Below, piece by piece: positions 1 through 10,692 of a stretch of 38,197 nucleotides of DNA. How positions within the stretch are numbered: the stretch's first letter is position 1; each line of letters starts with the position of its first letter. A program made the position numbers and the translations under genes. This DNA is from Octopus bimaculoides (taxonomy: Eukaryota). The notes under the pieces are model-generated. The model was given only the letters and a program-made list of their open reading frames with translations. It ran no database searches and was not told the origin of the DNA. The stretch is taken from the NCBI RefSeq assembly GCF_001194135.2, contig NC_068998.1:22146838-22185034 (forward strand), in the 5' to 3' direction.

Positions 1-506
1 AAAGAGGAAAGTAAAAAGACTCTCAGTGATGACCACGCTGCACCTATGTTTTTCCCTTTTTTTCTGAAGAAGTCACCATCCTTAAACCCATTCCAATATA
101 ATATTGACTATATAAATAAATGAATGGTGAATAGGAAGGTGGGGTCTACTTCACTCTCTCTCCTTCTTTCTACCTATCTATCTCTCTCTATCTATCTATC
201 TATCTATCTATCTATCCATCTCCATTGTCAATGGAATCTCAACCACGCCCCCCCCCCAAAAAAAAACAACAACAAAAACCAAAAAACAAAAACAAAAACA
301 ATGTTCCCTTCTTCTAAACAAAACCCCGCAAAACATCTGAGCAAGCTTTTCACAAAATTTTATTCGAGAAACGAACGAAAGCGTTAATAATAATAAAGAA
401 ACGAAAATACTTTTTTTTCCAAAACTCTTACGACTTTTTCTAAATATATTCAATTTCTGTACATCACACCTAACACGCTATACATACATACATACATGGT
501 ATTAAA

Positions 507-905
507 ATGGGGATAGCTGATGAAGGAAAATGTTCTCTATGTGGCTTGTGTGTTTTCTGTACTCTGGTTATTATTATTTTCTTGTCTACGTTTTGTTTGC
601 AATGTCTTGTACCCAGATATGCACCTATATTCCAGGTAGATGTAGGTATGCACATACCTGTACGTATATATACATATACTCATTTTATTATTTGTTTTAT
701 ATAGGTCATCAGCTGTCGGACGCCGACGAAGGGAAATAACCCTGAAATCCGGATACGTTAGTGCTGCAGATCGAGGTGAGAGGGATAACTTCCCTTGGCA
801 AACAGGACACAGTCGTGTGTCGATAAGCCAGCTGGAGGAGATGTCCTCCTGGGGCTAAAAGCAACAGTAACATCCACCCCTAGGGGTCAGCCACACTTAA
901 GTGGC
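507..905 (+). mobile_element. Interspersed repeat with partial-tandem hammerhead cores (Penelope pseudo-LTR-like)
   Basis: Imperfect direct repeat gctgatgaaggaaaat (516-531) / gccgacgaagggaaat (722-737). The first has an intact CTGATGA but no GAAA; the second completes the fold. Boundaries approximate. Confidence 0.45.
719..759 (+). ncRNA. Minimal type I hammerhead ribozyme-like motif (U4C variant)
   Basis: Hand-folded: helix I GACG(719-722)/CGTT(756-759); core CCGACGA(723-729, consensus CUGANGA); helix II AGGG/CCCT with AAATAA loop; GAAA(744-747); palindromic ATCCGGAT(747-754) as helix III; putative AUA cleavage 3' of 755. Confidence 0.65.
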
Positions 906-964
906 AATATACTACACGTTATCGTGCAGTTACTGTTAATACTTCATTTAGAGAATTAACATTG

Positions 965-1006
<42 letters not shown>

Positions 1007-1218
1007 CCCAAACAATGAGACAAAGGAATACTTTAACACAAAGTTTTATCTTAATTTATTGATTTATTATAATTATTTCTATACCAATTCTGCTTGCAAC
1101 GCCAGTTTATGCAAACCTGCGGATAACCTTATAAATGGCGGAGGTGGTCTTCTCATTGAAGTGCGGGAATCTTCAAAAAACAGAGATCCCTCTTGCGACG
1201 GTTAGCTGGTCTTTCCAT

Positions 1219-1219
<1 letters not shown>

Positions 1220-1278
<59 letters not shown>

Positions 1279-1362
1279 TTACTGCTGCTGCTGCTGATGA
1301 TGATGATGATGAGGAGGAGGAGGAGGAGGAGGATGAGGATGATGATGATGATGATGATGATG

Positions 1363-1397
<35 letters not shown>

Positions 1398-1413
1398 AAT
1401 AATAATAATAATG

Positions 1414-1469
<56 letters not shown>

Positions 1470-1470
1470 T
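1220..1470. repeat. Compound trinucleotide microsatellite (ACT)n-(GCT)-(GAT)n-(GAG)n-(GAT)n-(AAT)n
   Basis: Read directly; explains ORFs 1135..1518 and 1279..1491. Confidence 0.97.
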
Positions 1471-1640
1471 AATTCGTTTTATGGGCCACAAGGGCTAATA
1501 TCAATTAAAAACATATAAGGACAAAGACAGGACGAAGGTTACAAAAGGTTTTGTCCGAAAAGGTAGGAAAGTTCGTCTAAACAGAGGAAGAAAACGGAGA
1601 AAGATATAACAAATAATTAGATAAATAAATAGATAAATAA
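1468..1640 (-). mobile_element. 3' end of a young retroposon with (ATT)n tail, copy 1
   Basis: About 137 nt match 38028-38197 with 2 substitutions, while upstream flanks differ. Minus strand reads CATAAA here and AATAAC in copy 2, so the consensus is an AATAAA signal just before the simple-repeat tail. Confidence 0.7.
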
Positions 1641-2064
1641 ATAAGTAGAACTCCAAAAGGGGGAGGCGCTTCGAAAAAGGAAAGTTTACACGTGGAAAAA
1701 CCCATAAAACCACGGGAGCCTGGTCAGAAAAAATAAGAAAGGGGTATAGAACCCTAAGCTCTCACATCACAGATGGTGAGTAGCTTATAGCAACAGCTGA
1801 GAGTTTGTTTACATCGACACGTGGAACATCGATTACGGCTACGCTTGGCTAGTGACTGCTGCTGTTACATAATGTCAGGTAATTTGAATAGGTTAACGGA
1901 ACCTACATAACTGGAGTTGTCTCACATTGTTCTTTTCTTCTGAAGATAGGCCTTTGCACCTGAAATATAAAGGTGTTATTAAACTTGCCGCTTTGTTAGA
2001 CGCTTTCTATTTTCTATTTTGTTAACTTCAATATTACAATACGTCAAGCGAACTACAACGCTCT

Positions 2065-2067
<3 letters not shown>

Positions 2068-2132
<65 letters not shown>

Positions 2133-2150
2133 TGTTTGTGCGTGTGTGTG
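2068..2150. repeat. (TG)n microsatellite
   Basis: Read directly. Confidence 0.97.
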
Positions 2151-2325
2151 TATAAAATATATACATACATACACACACATACATATATGCATCCGAACGA
2201 GTGTAATTGAAAAAGTAATGCAATTTTTATTTGTATCACAATCTAACTCATTGTCGTATACGTATAGAATTAAATTTTGCCTTGTTCTTTAATGCATATT
2301 TAATTCTCACAGTTCTCATGCTAAC

Positions 2326-2640
2326 ATGTCGAGTGCGTTCTTAACAGGAGTCATCTTAGCAGGGGAATTTTTATTAGGATGCTACACGCTCTAGAAGGAT
2401 CACACTGAAGTGTCCAACAAAAAATATGTACGTCGAAACAACATATGGCAAATGTGTGATCAAGTTTGTGACGATGCAGCTGTTACAGATCAAATAAAAA
2501 AATGGATTGATTTTTGGGAAAATAATTCGATCCGTTCAGAAATTTGGAAACTTACTTCCAACTACAAAATGTAGAAGCTGAACGAAATATGTTCAAAATC
2601 CTTTTCCTTTCTATAAGGGGATTGCTATTGTGTGCCTTAG
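2326..2640 (+). pseudogene. Candidate decayed exon of a secreted Cys-rich (WSC-like) protein
   Basis: Acceptor-like ttctcacAG (AG 2311-2312), ATG 2326, then MSSAFLTGVILAGEFLLGCYTL*KDHTEVSNKKYVRRNNIWQMCDQVCDDAAVTDQIKKWIDFWENNSIRSEIWKLTSNYKM*KLNEICSKSFSFL*GDCYCVP*. Hydrophobic N-terminus plus LGCY, CxxxC and GDCYC in one frame with 3 internal stops. Confidence 0.35.
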
Positions 2641-2819
2641 ATGAAGTTGTTCATGGTTTCTCTTCCTGTTTTTAGATAGGAAATGTTAGTCTAATTAAAT
2701 ATATGTACAATATGTCATTATTCAAATAAACATTTCATGTTTGATAGCCCTTTCCCTAGTATTTCCACCCCTCCACCGATAATAAATATTTAGTTGCTAA
2801 ACTAAACCCCTACAGCTGT

Positions 2820-3130
2820 CCATACATAGAAATCTGTCAAATAAGTGTAGCAAACTTTCGATCTTTACCTAAAAATAAACCTCTTGTTTTCTCTTAATTC
2901 CCTCCAGTTTCTCTTTGTCAATATCTGTGCTATTAATATATTTCCTTGGAGAGAAATGTCAGCATTCATTACAAAATTGGTTTCATATGGGTATTGTTTC
3001 CTTTAATTAAATTATTCGTTTTTTCCAGTGTAGCAGCTGTGTTTTTCGATACTACCGAATGTTGCTAAATACACACTTATATGTAAATTATGTCTTGTGG
3101 ATGACGTGTTCAAACTTCATCAGCAGCAAA
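2820..3130. repeat. Diverged paralogous segment X, copy 1
   Basis: Co-linear with 8715-9040 by eye: agaaatctgtcaa, ctaaaaataaa, ctccagtttct, atgggtattgttt, aatgttgc. Confidence 0.8.
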
Positions 3131-3467
3131 GTTAATGCCACCATTATCTCTTTCAAAGTTATCAAGCAGCCAAAATCAATCTCAGTCGATTAATTTCGAC
3201 TCACCACACCACTACTGTACTTTAGAGAAGTAAAGATACTCAGTGGCAACATATCTAAATACAACATACATATAAGTTAGAAGACATCCACGATGCAAAA
3301 TTCTGCAAATATAACTATTTCTGAAAGAAGCATCGAAAGAAGATCAAGTCCGATCAATTCAGAATGATATGGTCGCTAAATAATCAACGGATCAAAAACG
3401 TTTGAAATGAAATGACATATCCTGGAAATGGCTGTATATATGTGTATGTGTATATATATATACATAC

Positions 3468-3567
3468 NNNNNNNNNNNNNNNNNNNNNNNNNNNNNNNNN
3501 NNNNNNNNNNNNNNNNNNNNNNNNNNNNNNNNNNNNNNNNNNNNNNNNNNNNNNNNNNNNNNNNNNN
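3468..3567. other. Assembly gap (100 N)
   Basis: N run. Confidence 1.
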
Positions 3568-4902
3568 ATACATGCGCACAAACAAACAACAAGAACGCAG
3601 CCCGAATAACGGACAGAGTCAATGACTATTGAAAAGGTTGGAAAACGCAACGAAAATTTTAGAAAAATAAATAAGTAAATGAGTGGTAACTTTACCGGTG
3701 AGTGTGTTAAATAAGGTACTAAAAGAAAATGACTCCTTCTAGACACAACAAAATTTTTCAATATGGTTTTATAAGAAAGAACCATGCAATGGCAGAAAAA
3801 TCTAAGCGCCAGGGAAAATGGCTAGAACGTTGTTTTCTGCCATTTTTACTTTCTGTTGTATCTTGCTTTTCATCCGACTGAGTTCAATGATTAGCAGTAC
3901 AAATGAAGTACTGTGTCGATTTGTTCGACTTCCAGCCTTAGATCTCCGAACAATATGATAGTAATAGTGCAGAAGTAAAAGTTATCCCTTGTACATTTTA
4001 TGAAGTATGTTTTCATACATTGCAAACATTTCAGTTTGCATAGATACTAACAATTTATGAAACAGTCGCTAAGTTGTGTATTTAAGAGTAACGGGTATAT
4101 ATATTTAGAAAATCTCTAAATAATAGTTTCAATTAATAATTAATGAAGAAGTATATTTTTGTTTTCAATTACAAAACGAAATTTTTATTGATTTCTTATT
4201 TATTCGAAATATGATTTGTTATAACTTCATTTTTTTCAGGCATATTTTATTAATAACAAAACTACACCTGTTAGTATAATCAGAAATAAAATGAATTCAC
4301 TGCAAAAACATAAATATCAAGAAAGATTTGCTGAAGTCATAAATGTAATTCTCAGGAAAGCTTAAAATTATTGCAATGAATGACAATCACGAATTGAGCC
4401 ACATTAAGACCATGTTCAAAAAAGAAAAAAAACGACATTATATTCTAGATTTATACAAATTGTCGAATTAAAACAGGAAATTACATTTAAGTTTAATTTA
4501 AATAAACAATGAAAATTGTCAAACTTTCACTGCCAATGCAAATTTAAATTTCTTTCATTAAATATCTAATGAGGCTCTCAAGATAATCATTCGGACTTCA
4601 TTTAATAACTTGCATATCTGCCAAACAGGTACAAGTCACTAATTTTTAAATTTTATTTTAATGTTCTAAAATTTGTTTTGATTGCTACATAAAAAAGAAA
4701 TCTTTTCGATTGCCATTTACGTCAATTCCTCTAATATTGATAGTCAAAATCTAGGCGTAGACCAGTACTGAGCAATTCCTTGTTTGTACCTCCTCTGATT
4801 TTTATATATTCATTCATACATACATGCATGCATACATACTGCCACACAGACACACAGACACACACGCACACACACGCACATTCACACACACACGCACATT
4901 CA

Positions 4903-4916
<14 letters not shown>

Positions 4917-4939
<23 letters not shown>

Positions 4940-5431
4940 TCATACACACTCTCTCAAACATAATGTCCTCTCAAAAAAAAAAAAAAATCCAGCATATACT
5001 AAAAGTAATGTTTCAGAGAGGCGANNNNNNNNNNNNNNNNNNNNNNNNNNNNNNNNNNNNNNNNNNNNNNNNNNNNNNNNNNNNNNNNNNNNNNNNNNNN
5101 NNNNNNNNNNNNNNNNNNNNNNNNNNNNNNNNNNNNNNNNNNNNNNNNNNNNNNNNNNNNNNNNNNNNNNNNNNNNNNNNNNNNNNNNNNNNNNNNNNNN
5201 NNNNNNNNNNNNNNNNNNNNNNNNNNNNNNNNNNNNNNNNNNNNNNNNNNNNNNNNNNNNNNNNNNNNNNNNNNNNNNNNNNNNNNNNNNNNNNNNNNNN
5301 NNNNNNNNNNNNNNNNNNNCACACACACACACACACACACATACACTCATACACACTCTCTCAAACATAATGTCCTCTCAAAAAAAAAAAAAAAATCCAG
5401 CATATACTAAAAGTAATGTTTCAGAGAGGCG
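4917..5431. other. Identical ~105-nt sequence on both sides of N-gap 5025-5319 (probable overlap artefact)
   Basis: (CA)n-tacactcatacac...tttcagagaggcga occurs at about 4917-5024 and again at 5320-5431. Confidence 0.85.
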
Positions 5432-5948
5432 AATATGATAGTTTCTTTGTGACGTTACTCGCTCAAAAGTGCTACGTGGAACTGCTTTGTGCTAACAATG
5501 TCTTTGGATAGCAAAATACACTTTCCACACAAAATTTCGCGGACAAAGCACAGACATCCACCCCGCACACATTTACTTACACAAACAACTCGAACGATGT
5601 TTTCCAAGCAGGAGTAGCCTCGACGTTTTGGGGGTAGGTTGAAAAGGTAATAGCGTATGATTTCTTATTTAGCGTAAGGAATCTCATATCTACGTTGCTT
5701 GAAATTCAATTCTAGGTTAAATGAAGGTTTGATCCAAAATACCTTCTATTTCTGACTCTCTTTTGGTCACGTGCTAAGATTTTTTTCAGATATTATAGCT
5801 TTTCAGTGAATCCACTCCTCGTTAAAATAGGAGCGGTCTTGTTGAAGATAACCCTATCGGCTGATCAGAGGTACTTCTACTTAGGCATGTGACTAGGTTG
5901 TGTGTACACTTCAAGATGTACTAAGTTGAAAAATAATCCGCATTTGTT

Positions 5949-6032
5949 CATTATTTACATTATTTACATGTAAACAATGTAAACAATGTAAATAATGTAT
6001 ATAATTCCTCATATCTATCATATAGGACTGAA
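5949..6032. mobile_element. Palindromic remnant of the 3' terminus of the 9829-10196 family
   Basis: Inverted TGTAAA(T/C)AA units centred on tttacatgtaaa, followed by ataattcctcatatctatcatataggactga, which resembles the reverse complement of 9829-9860. Confidence 0.55.
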
Positions 6033-6875
6033 TCCTTATTTGGTCATATTCCATGGCAGTAACTTGGCTAGCCTAATTTTCAGCCGACCCTTCTAGAGCT
6101 ATGAAAAAAAAAAAATAATCGATGTCGCTTCGAGATCAGTAACACAAAACCTTTAAACAGTAGTGCTGGCGGAAATGTCGGCTTTGATATTTAAATGCTA
6201 ATTTCAACATTCTTGACGGAAACAACATTGTAGGGAGATAGACATTATGAATGTATGTTTGCGTGTGTACATGTGTGTACATATACATATATATACATGT
6301 GTATTTACACTTGTATGTGTATATTTTAATGACTTTGCGAATGTTTCAGTGTATGCGTTTAAGAATTTAAGAGTGAAGGTAAAGTCGTTGCCAAAATTCA
6401 CTGCTTTATACCGCGAGGTGAGAATATATGGCGAAGTACCTTAACTCTATAATGTGTTTGCGTTTCCTTCATTCTATCATAATTTGTCGAAATAGACATG
6501 TTTAACTTGTACTGAATAATGAAATTAATCTTGAATCCTTCATTCTGTCTTGTCAGTGAGAGTCTGTCTATTTGATGAATTGGTATCGATGCTATAATGA
6601 ACATGTGTGGCTATAATCGAATTGTTCATTCATGAACACTGCCTGTCACTGTTTCTCTTTATAGGGAATAAACTTTAAATATTCATAATGGCAAGTAAAG
6701 TATGATATATTCTATTTATCACTTATTGGGCCCTACAGGGAAACTTCAATAAGATCACCATGTGCAGTTGGGGGACGGTAATTTTCCCATAATTTCAAAG
6801 CTGCTTACTTTCTCTGGCTGGCACTTTATATGAAGCGTCTCATCGTCTGGCTCTGGTTGGTACCAAAACCTCGTT

Positions 6876-7105
6876 CTGTCAACAAGTACTGAGGTGGTGG
6901 AACATAAATACGCAAACACACACATACATACACACACTCTCACACATACACGTATACGACTAGCTCCTTTCAGGTTCCGTTCACCGAATGCACTCATAAG
7001 TGTTTAGTCGGTACGAGGCTATAGTAAAAAGCACTTGCACAATGTGTTACGCGGTGGGATTGAACCCGAAACTATATTATTTGGAAGCAAGCGTCTTTTC
7101 ACAAA
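6876..7105 (-). mobile_element. tRNA-derived SINE (Octopus OK/OR-type)
   Basis: Minus strand has B-box-like gggttcaatccc, then ...caagtgctttttactatagcctcg...gaaaggagctagtcgtata and a TG-rich middle, as recalled for octopus SINEs. Confidence 0.75.
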
Positions 7106-7131
7106 TCTAATCTACCCCTGCACTCTCTCTC

Positions 7132-7133
<2 letters not shown>

Positions 7134-7179
<46 letters not shown>

Positions 7180-7337
7180 NNNNNNNNNNNNNNNNNNNNN
7201 NNNNNNNNNNNNNNNNNNNNNNNNNNNNNNNNNNNNNNNNNNNNNNNNNNNNNNNNNNNNNNNNNNNNNNNNNNNNNNNNNNNNNNNNNNNNNNNNNNNN
7301 NNNNNNNNNNNNNNNNNNNNNNNNNNNATATATATAC
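7134..7337. other. (TA)n-flanked assembly gap (N 7180-7327)
   Basis: Read directly. Confidence 0.98.
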
Positions 7338-7594
7338 ATATGTAACCACACAAGGTGGACGTCGAAAGTAAACAAATGTAACGTGTACGTTTTTTAGTAT
7401 CTAATGCATTTTTCATTTATGGAATAACTGAACACCACGCTTGTCGACTTTTGTTAACAGTAAGTTTGTATATATTTTTGCCACTCTTTCTTTCTTTCTC
7501 GTCGTAATATTCATTTTCTAGCATCCCTACTTATCTCTCTCCCTCTCTCTCGTCTTCTCACACTTAATTGTAGACTTTCTCCCTTCATTCCCCT

Positions 7595-7596
7595 GT

Positions 7597-7692
<96 letters not shown>
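7595..7692. repeat. (TCTG)n/(TC)n microsatellite
   Basis: Read directly. Confidence 0.97.
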
Positions 7693-8088
7693 ATCCTCCC
7701 TCCCTTCTATCTGCTGACCACACTTGACCCTTGACTGATTTACTGTTTTCTGCCTTTTCGCTACCGGATGCCTAGCGTGCTGGTCAATTTTTTTCTCCTC
7801 TCTTACTAATTCTATTTTTATATCCACTTGAGGATTTCGTCCACGCGTTAACCCACCACTCTCACGTTTAGCCGTAAGACTTTATTTATTGTCTTCAACT
7901 ATTGTTTTAAATTACATTTCCTTACTTTCGTACGTACTCCCTATTTTGTTTTGTTTGCTCGAGCCCTAATTATGCGCAAATCTTGTTGGTGTCGCCGATA
8001 TACGAAGTTCCCAGTCTTATAGTTAAAGGCACAAAACTGGGTATTAGTATTTTTGGTCGATAACGGAGGAAGAATTAGGGTCCTTTTA

Positions 8089-8329
8089 NNNNNNNNNNNN
8101 NNNNNNNNNNNNNNNNNNNNNNNNNNNNNNNNNNNNNNNNNNNNNNNNNNNNNNNNNNNNNNNNNNNNNNNNNNNNNNNNNNNNNNNNNNNNNNNNNNNN
8201 NNNNNNNNNNNNNNNNNNNNNNNNNNNNNNNNNNNNNNNNNNNNNNNNNNNNNNNNNNNNNNNNNNNNNNNNNNNNNNNNNNNNNNNNNNNNNNNNNNNN
8301 NNNNNNNNNNNNNNNNNNNNNNNNNNNNN
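8089..8329. other. Assembly gap
   Basis: N run. Confidence 1.
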
Positions 8330-8714
8330 TTGTGAAAGACGTGCGAAAACAGCTGCTACAATATCACGCTTTTGGTTCTCGTGTTAAGATTTTTAGAAAC
8401 GCCACACACTTCATACCGTCAGTCATGTAACTATATAAAAGCAATAGGGAAAGCGTTGGAAGATAATTCACTTTATTGGTAGAAATTATTTTACAGTATA
8501 TAGTTCACATTGTTTGTGAACGGTTTTTGTGACAGGTTCCATTTTTGTGTTTATTTGTATTCGTTTTATAAATGAATATCACTTTTTCAGAAAAAGATAT
8601 AGTTGTAATATTTCAATGTGTGAAACAAGAATTCTAGTACGTTAATTCTTTTCCTAGTATTTCATATCGGTTCGTTCAGGACATGTTTTATAGTGAAACA
8701 ATACTCCCATCTGT

Positions 8715-9040
8715 CCGTATAGAGAAATCTGTCAATAGTTACAAATGTCTGATTTTTAACTAAAAATAAATCATCTGAGGTCTCTTACATCTCTCCAGTT
8801 TCTGTTTATCAATGACTGATCTATTTATATAGTTGCTTAGAGGGAAAATGTCATCGTTGATTACATGATTGTAGTGAGATTAGATCCAGATGGGTATTGT
8901 TTATTGTAATTGTATCATTCCATACTTCCAGCAGGGTAGTAATTGCTTTGGAACACTAAATGTTGCATATAAATTAAGATTACACAACAATGAATTAAAA
9001 TTATGTATGATGAAGCTTGGATTTCATCCAAACAAGAGGC
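8715..9040. repeat. Diverged paralogous segment X, copy 2
   Basis: Co-linear with 2820-3130. Confidence 0.8.
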
Positions 9041-9175
9041 AAGTCTAAGTCTTCAAGCATTCTTTTTCACTTCCAAATACGGCTTTTTATATAAGCAAGT
9101 TTTAAGACCTAACATTTTTCGTAGCTTTCATACTCCAGTTTCCATATATTTTGCATTTTAACTTTGTCCTTAAAA

Positions 9176-9176
<1 letters not shown>

Positions 9177-9206
<30 letters not shown>

Positions 9207-9281
9207 TGTATGTATGTATGTATGTATGTATATATGTATGTATGTATGTGTGTATGTATGTATATATGTATGTATGTATGC
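9177..9281. repeat. (TATG)n microsatellite
   Basis: Read directly. Confidence 0.97.
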
Positions 9282-9654
9282 ATGCCATTACCGTGGAAAG
9301 AAAATCCTTTCCTGTCGTAAAAGATATGAAAACCAGATATGTGGAGTGTTGTCTCCTGAAACAGCGTCAAATTGTACTATAATAGAGAAATTTTGTAGTT
9401 AAAGTTACCTCCCTTAAATCTGCACAGGGATATCTCTCTTTGGTATTTCCCATAGCTAAAGCGCTAGAATCGTTGCGTCTGAGAATCAGAATAGGGGAAC
9501 CACTGGGATGACTTAGCGAATTTCTAGCTTCTGCGTTTAGAGAGAATTTTACCTCCACGCTAACTGCAATGCATTTGCCTTTCGAAGTTGAAATATGTCA
9601 AACAATAAAGTATGCTTGCGTCATAAATTCAGCTTATGCTTGGCGCTGATACAG

Positions 9655-9660
<6 letters not shown>

Positions 9661-9753
<93 letters not shown>

Positions 9754-9791
9754 CACACACACACACACACACGCCCACACACACACACACA
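9661..9791. repeat. (CA)n microsatellite
   Basis: Read directly. Confidence 0.97.
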
Positions 9792-9828
9792 TTTAGATGT
9801 ATATATATATGTATAAAACGATGTCTTT

Positions 9829-10196
9829 TCTGTTCTATATTTCAGAGATGGGGAATTATTTACATTTGACGGATATTTGTCCTCATTTTGTTTGTTGTTA
9901 AAACAACGTTTCGGCTGATATACCCTCCAGCCTTCATATGGCGTAGTCGTTAAGAGTGCGGACTAATAAACTTCAAGACTCCAAGTTCGATTCCAGGCAA
10001 TGAACTGAATAATAATAACAACAACAACAACAACAATAATAATAATAGTAGTAACATCGAAAAATACCTTAGGAAGGAGAACCCTGGCTCGAAATTTCCC
10101 TAAGACACTTGATGAAAGCTGGAGGGTATATCAGCCCAAACGTGTTAACAACACACAAGATGGAGACAAATATCCGTCAAATGTAAATAATGTAAA
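9829..10196 (+). mobile_element. tRNA-headed SINE-like element with hammerhead-like tail and inverted 5' copy of its own 3' end
   Basis: A-box-like TGGCGTAGTCG (9939-9949); B-box GTTCGATTCC (9985-9994); (AAT/AAC)n spacer; degenerate hammerhead at 10103-10146; 9855-9937 is the reverse complement of 10111-10191. Confidence 0.8.
10103..10146 (+). ncRNA. Degenerate type I hammerhead motif
   Basis: AGACAC-TTGATGA-AAGCTG-GAGGGTATAT-CAGCC-CAAAC-GTGTT. The inverted copy (minus strand of 9898-9937) supplies ATGA-AGGCTG...CAGCC-GAAAC-GTT, so the two copies together give a complete core. Confidence 0.6.
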
Positions 10197-10661
10197 TGTC
10201 TATTCTGTCTTTTCTTTCGTTTTGTATTTCAAAAATACTTCCCTTGTCAATGTTTTTTCGAACCACAATAGTAATTGCCAAGAATTTTCCACTGACCATA
10301 AGGATATTGTATGGTATTAAGTTTATTCATTGGATGCCAATACTATTTACCCGCGTTACGAGCCTGGTATGGTTTACGGATGATGTCTTAAAGTACATGG
10401 CCTAGTTCTATTATGTCATATTTTCCAAATTCCTTCCTTTTATCTTATCCTTCGGCAGTTGCATTTTTCGGCTCTGAAGAATATAACTTAGGGCAGCGGT
10501 TTCTTAGAATTTCTGTCTCTGAATAGATCGATGATCGATCAAGTAAGATTGATCCATGAACATCCCCAAACGTTTATTTGAAACAGCTATAAGCCTTTGA
10601 CGAATAAATCGACGAGTATGACCCATTACTTCTGTCGTATACATATGTATATATATAAATA

Positions 10662-10692
<31 letters not shown>

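Noticed and set aside
4219-4345. Acceptor tttttttcAG followed by a ~40-codon open frame
   Set aside because: No recognisable product or donor site; expected by chance in AT-rich DNA.
4917-5431. Apparent 105-nt direct repeat or LTR-like pair
   Set aside because: The copies are identical and directly flank a gap, so a contig-overlap artefact is most likely.
9939-10000. tRNA gene
   Set aside because: A/B boxes are present but there is no intact cloverleaf; it is a SINE head.
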